A stretch of 64,000 nt of DNA, taken from Callorhinchus milii (lineage: Eukaryota). Of this stretch, positions 63,207 to 64,000 are shown in pieces; the stretch's first letter is position 1; every line of letters starts with the position of its first letter. A program made the position numbers and the translations under genes. Location of the stretch: the NCBI RefSeq assembly GCF_018977255.1, contig NW_024704742.1:1738001-1802000 (forward strand). Reading direction: 5' to 3'. The notes under the pieces are model-generated. The model saw only the letters and a list, made by a program, of their open reading frames with translations, searched no databases and was not told where the DNA came from.

Positions 63207-63370
63207 CCCTTCGTCAGAACCCAATTCTAGCCTTAACCCAGTTCTGACGAAGGGTCATGGACCCGAATCGTTCACTCACTTTCCTTTCTCCATAGATGCT
63301 GCCTGACCTGCTGAGTGTTCCCAGCCATTTCCGTTTTTGTTTTCAGGTTTCTAGCATCTGCAGTATTTGC
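63207..63370 (+). mobile_element. Penelope-like pseudo-LTR with mutated hammerhead core and inverted partial copy
   Basis: cccttcgtcagaac (63207-63220) is the reverse complement of gttctgacgaaggg (63241-63254). The core reads AGTT-CTGACGA-A-GGGTC-ATG-GACCC-GAATC-GTT-CACT. Confidence 0.75.
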
Positions 63371-64000
63371 AAGGATTAATATAACACATTTGAAGCAGGC
63401 TCACTCTGGAGTACTCTAATGCTAGGAAGTGGAAGCCTAAAATGAGATACTAATCTATCAGAGTCCAATAGTTTCAATCCCTTAATTACCTTATTAAAAA
63501 CCTTTCTTTAATTCAAGCATAATAACCTCTCATTTTACTTTGAATAAACTCACCAAATGCTGTCAGCTCCTGAGGTGCAGAGAGCACATATTCATTCCCT
63601 ACATAAAAGGATTGTAGATTTCGGCTTTGTGTATAAGGCATAAACATGCCCAATTTGAAATATAAGTTGTCGATTTCCTCTCATTTCCTTTCCTCTCCAA
63701 CTCGTGTTAGCCTTTGTTTCCAATGGGCAATGGTCACCCGAGTGTGCCTATCCTTCATGCATCAGTGTAGACAGTGTCAGCAAGGCAATTCAACCATGAG
63801 GACATTATGGCCAAAACTGGCCTTGCCCTTATTTGACATCTACACAGAACACTTTCAAGTTGGGGAGGAGGAGAGGTCACTTGATAGTTATCAGACATGA
63901 TCCAAGGCAGTTCCCCCCACCCATTCTCCGGTAAACTGCTTGTCCAGCCAGTAACTACCCTGCCCTAACCTTTCTGGCTTTGGCTTCCAGGTTTACCAGG

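Noticed and set aside
1..64000. The many 60-180 aa ORFs in the six-frame track
   Set aside because: Low complexity or repeat-derived (recurring YYYY, QSIHFTV and KRFETS peptides are SINE translations). Only two segments match a known host protein with proper splice sites.
1..64000. CRISPR array, operon or prokaryotic defence system
   Set aside because: No regularly spaced repeat-spacer array and no gene-dense coding. The sequence is vertebrate intron.
31063..64000. Next canonical CCSER1 exon (expected to encode roughly LPFRLMLQDCTAVKTLLLKMKR)
   Set aside because: Not found by eye or in the ORF track; probably beyond the window, though a diverged exon could have been missed.

Overview
Eukaryotic (vertebrate) DNA, not prokaryotic. 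The repeat landscape (tRNA/Deu-domain SINEs, L2 and CR1 LINE ends, Penelope-derived inverted repeats) points to a cartilaginous fish, plausibly a chimaera such as Callorhinchus; the species call is inference. The window lies inside a large + strand gene I recognise as CCSER1 (FAM190A). Two phase-compatible internal coding exons are visible (8075-8174 and 30951-31062) and the rest is intron. Nearly all ORFs in the track are spurious or repeat-derived. Most notable: (1) Penelope-type elements carrying minimal hammerhead-ribozyme cores, one with an intact catalytic core (19314-19350, - strand), plus a derived fold-back hairpin; (2) a decayed R4/Dong-clade retrotransposon (zinc knuckle plus restriction-like endonuclease) split by a SINE; (3) a ~1.6-kb tandem duplication at ~99% identity; (4) SINE/L2 tail sharing, nesting, a chimera and an inversion; (5) candidate unannotated CCSER1 exons and an internal promoter. 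I found no convincing wholly new system. All homology calls are by eye against remembered consensus sequences and need database confirmation; repeat boundaries are approximate.
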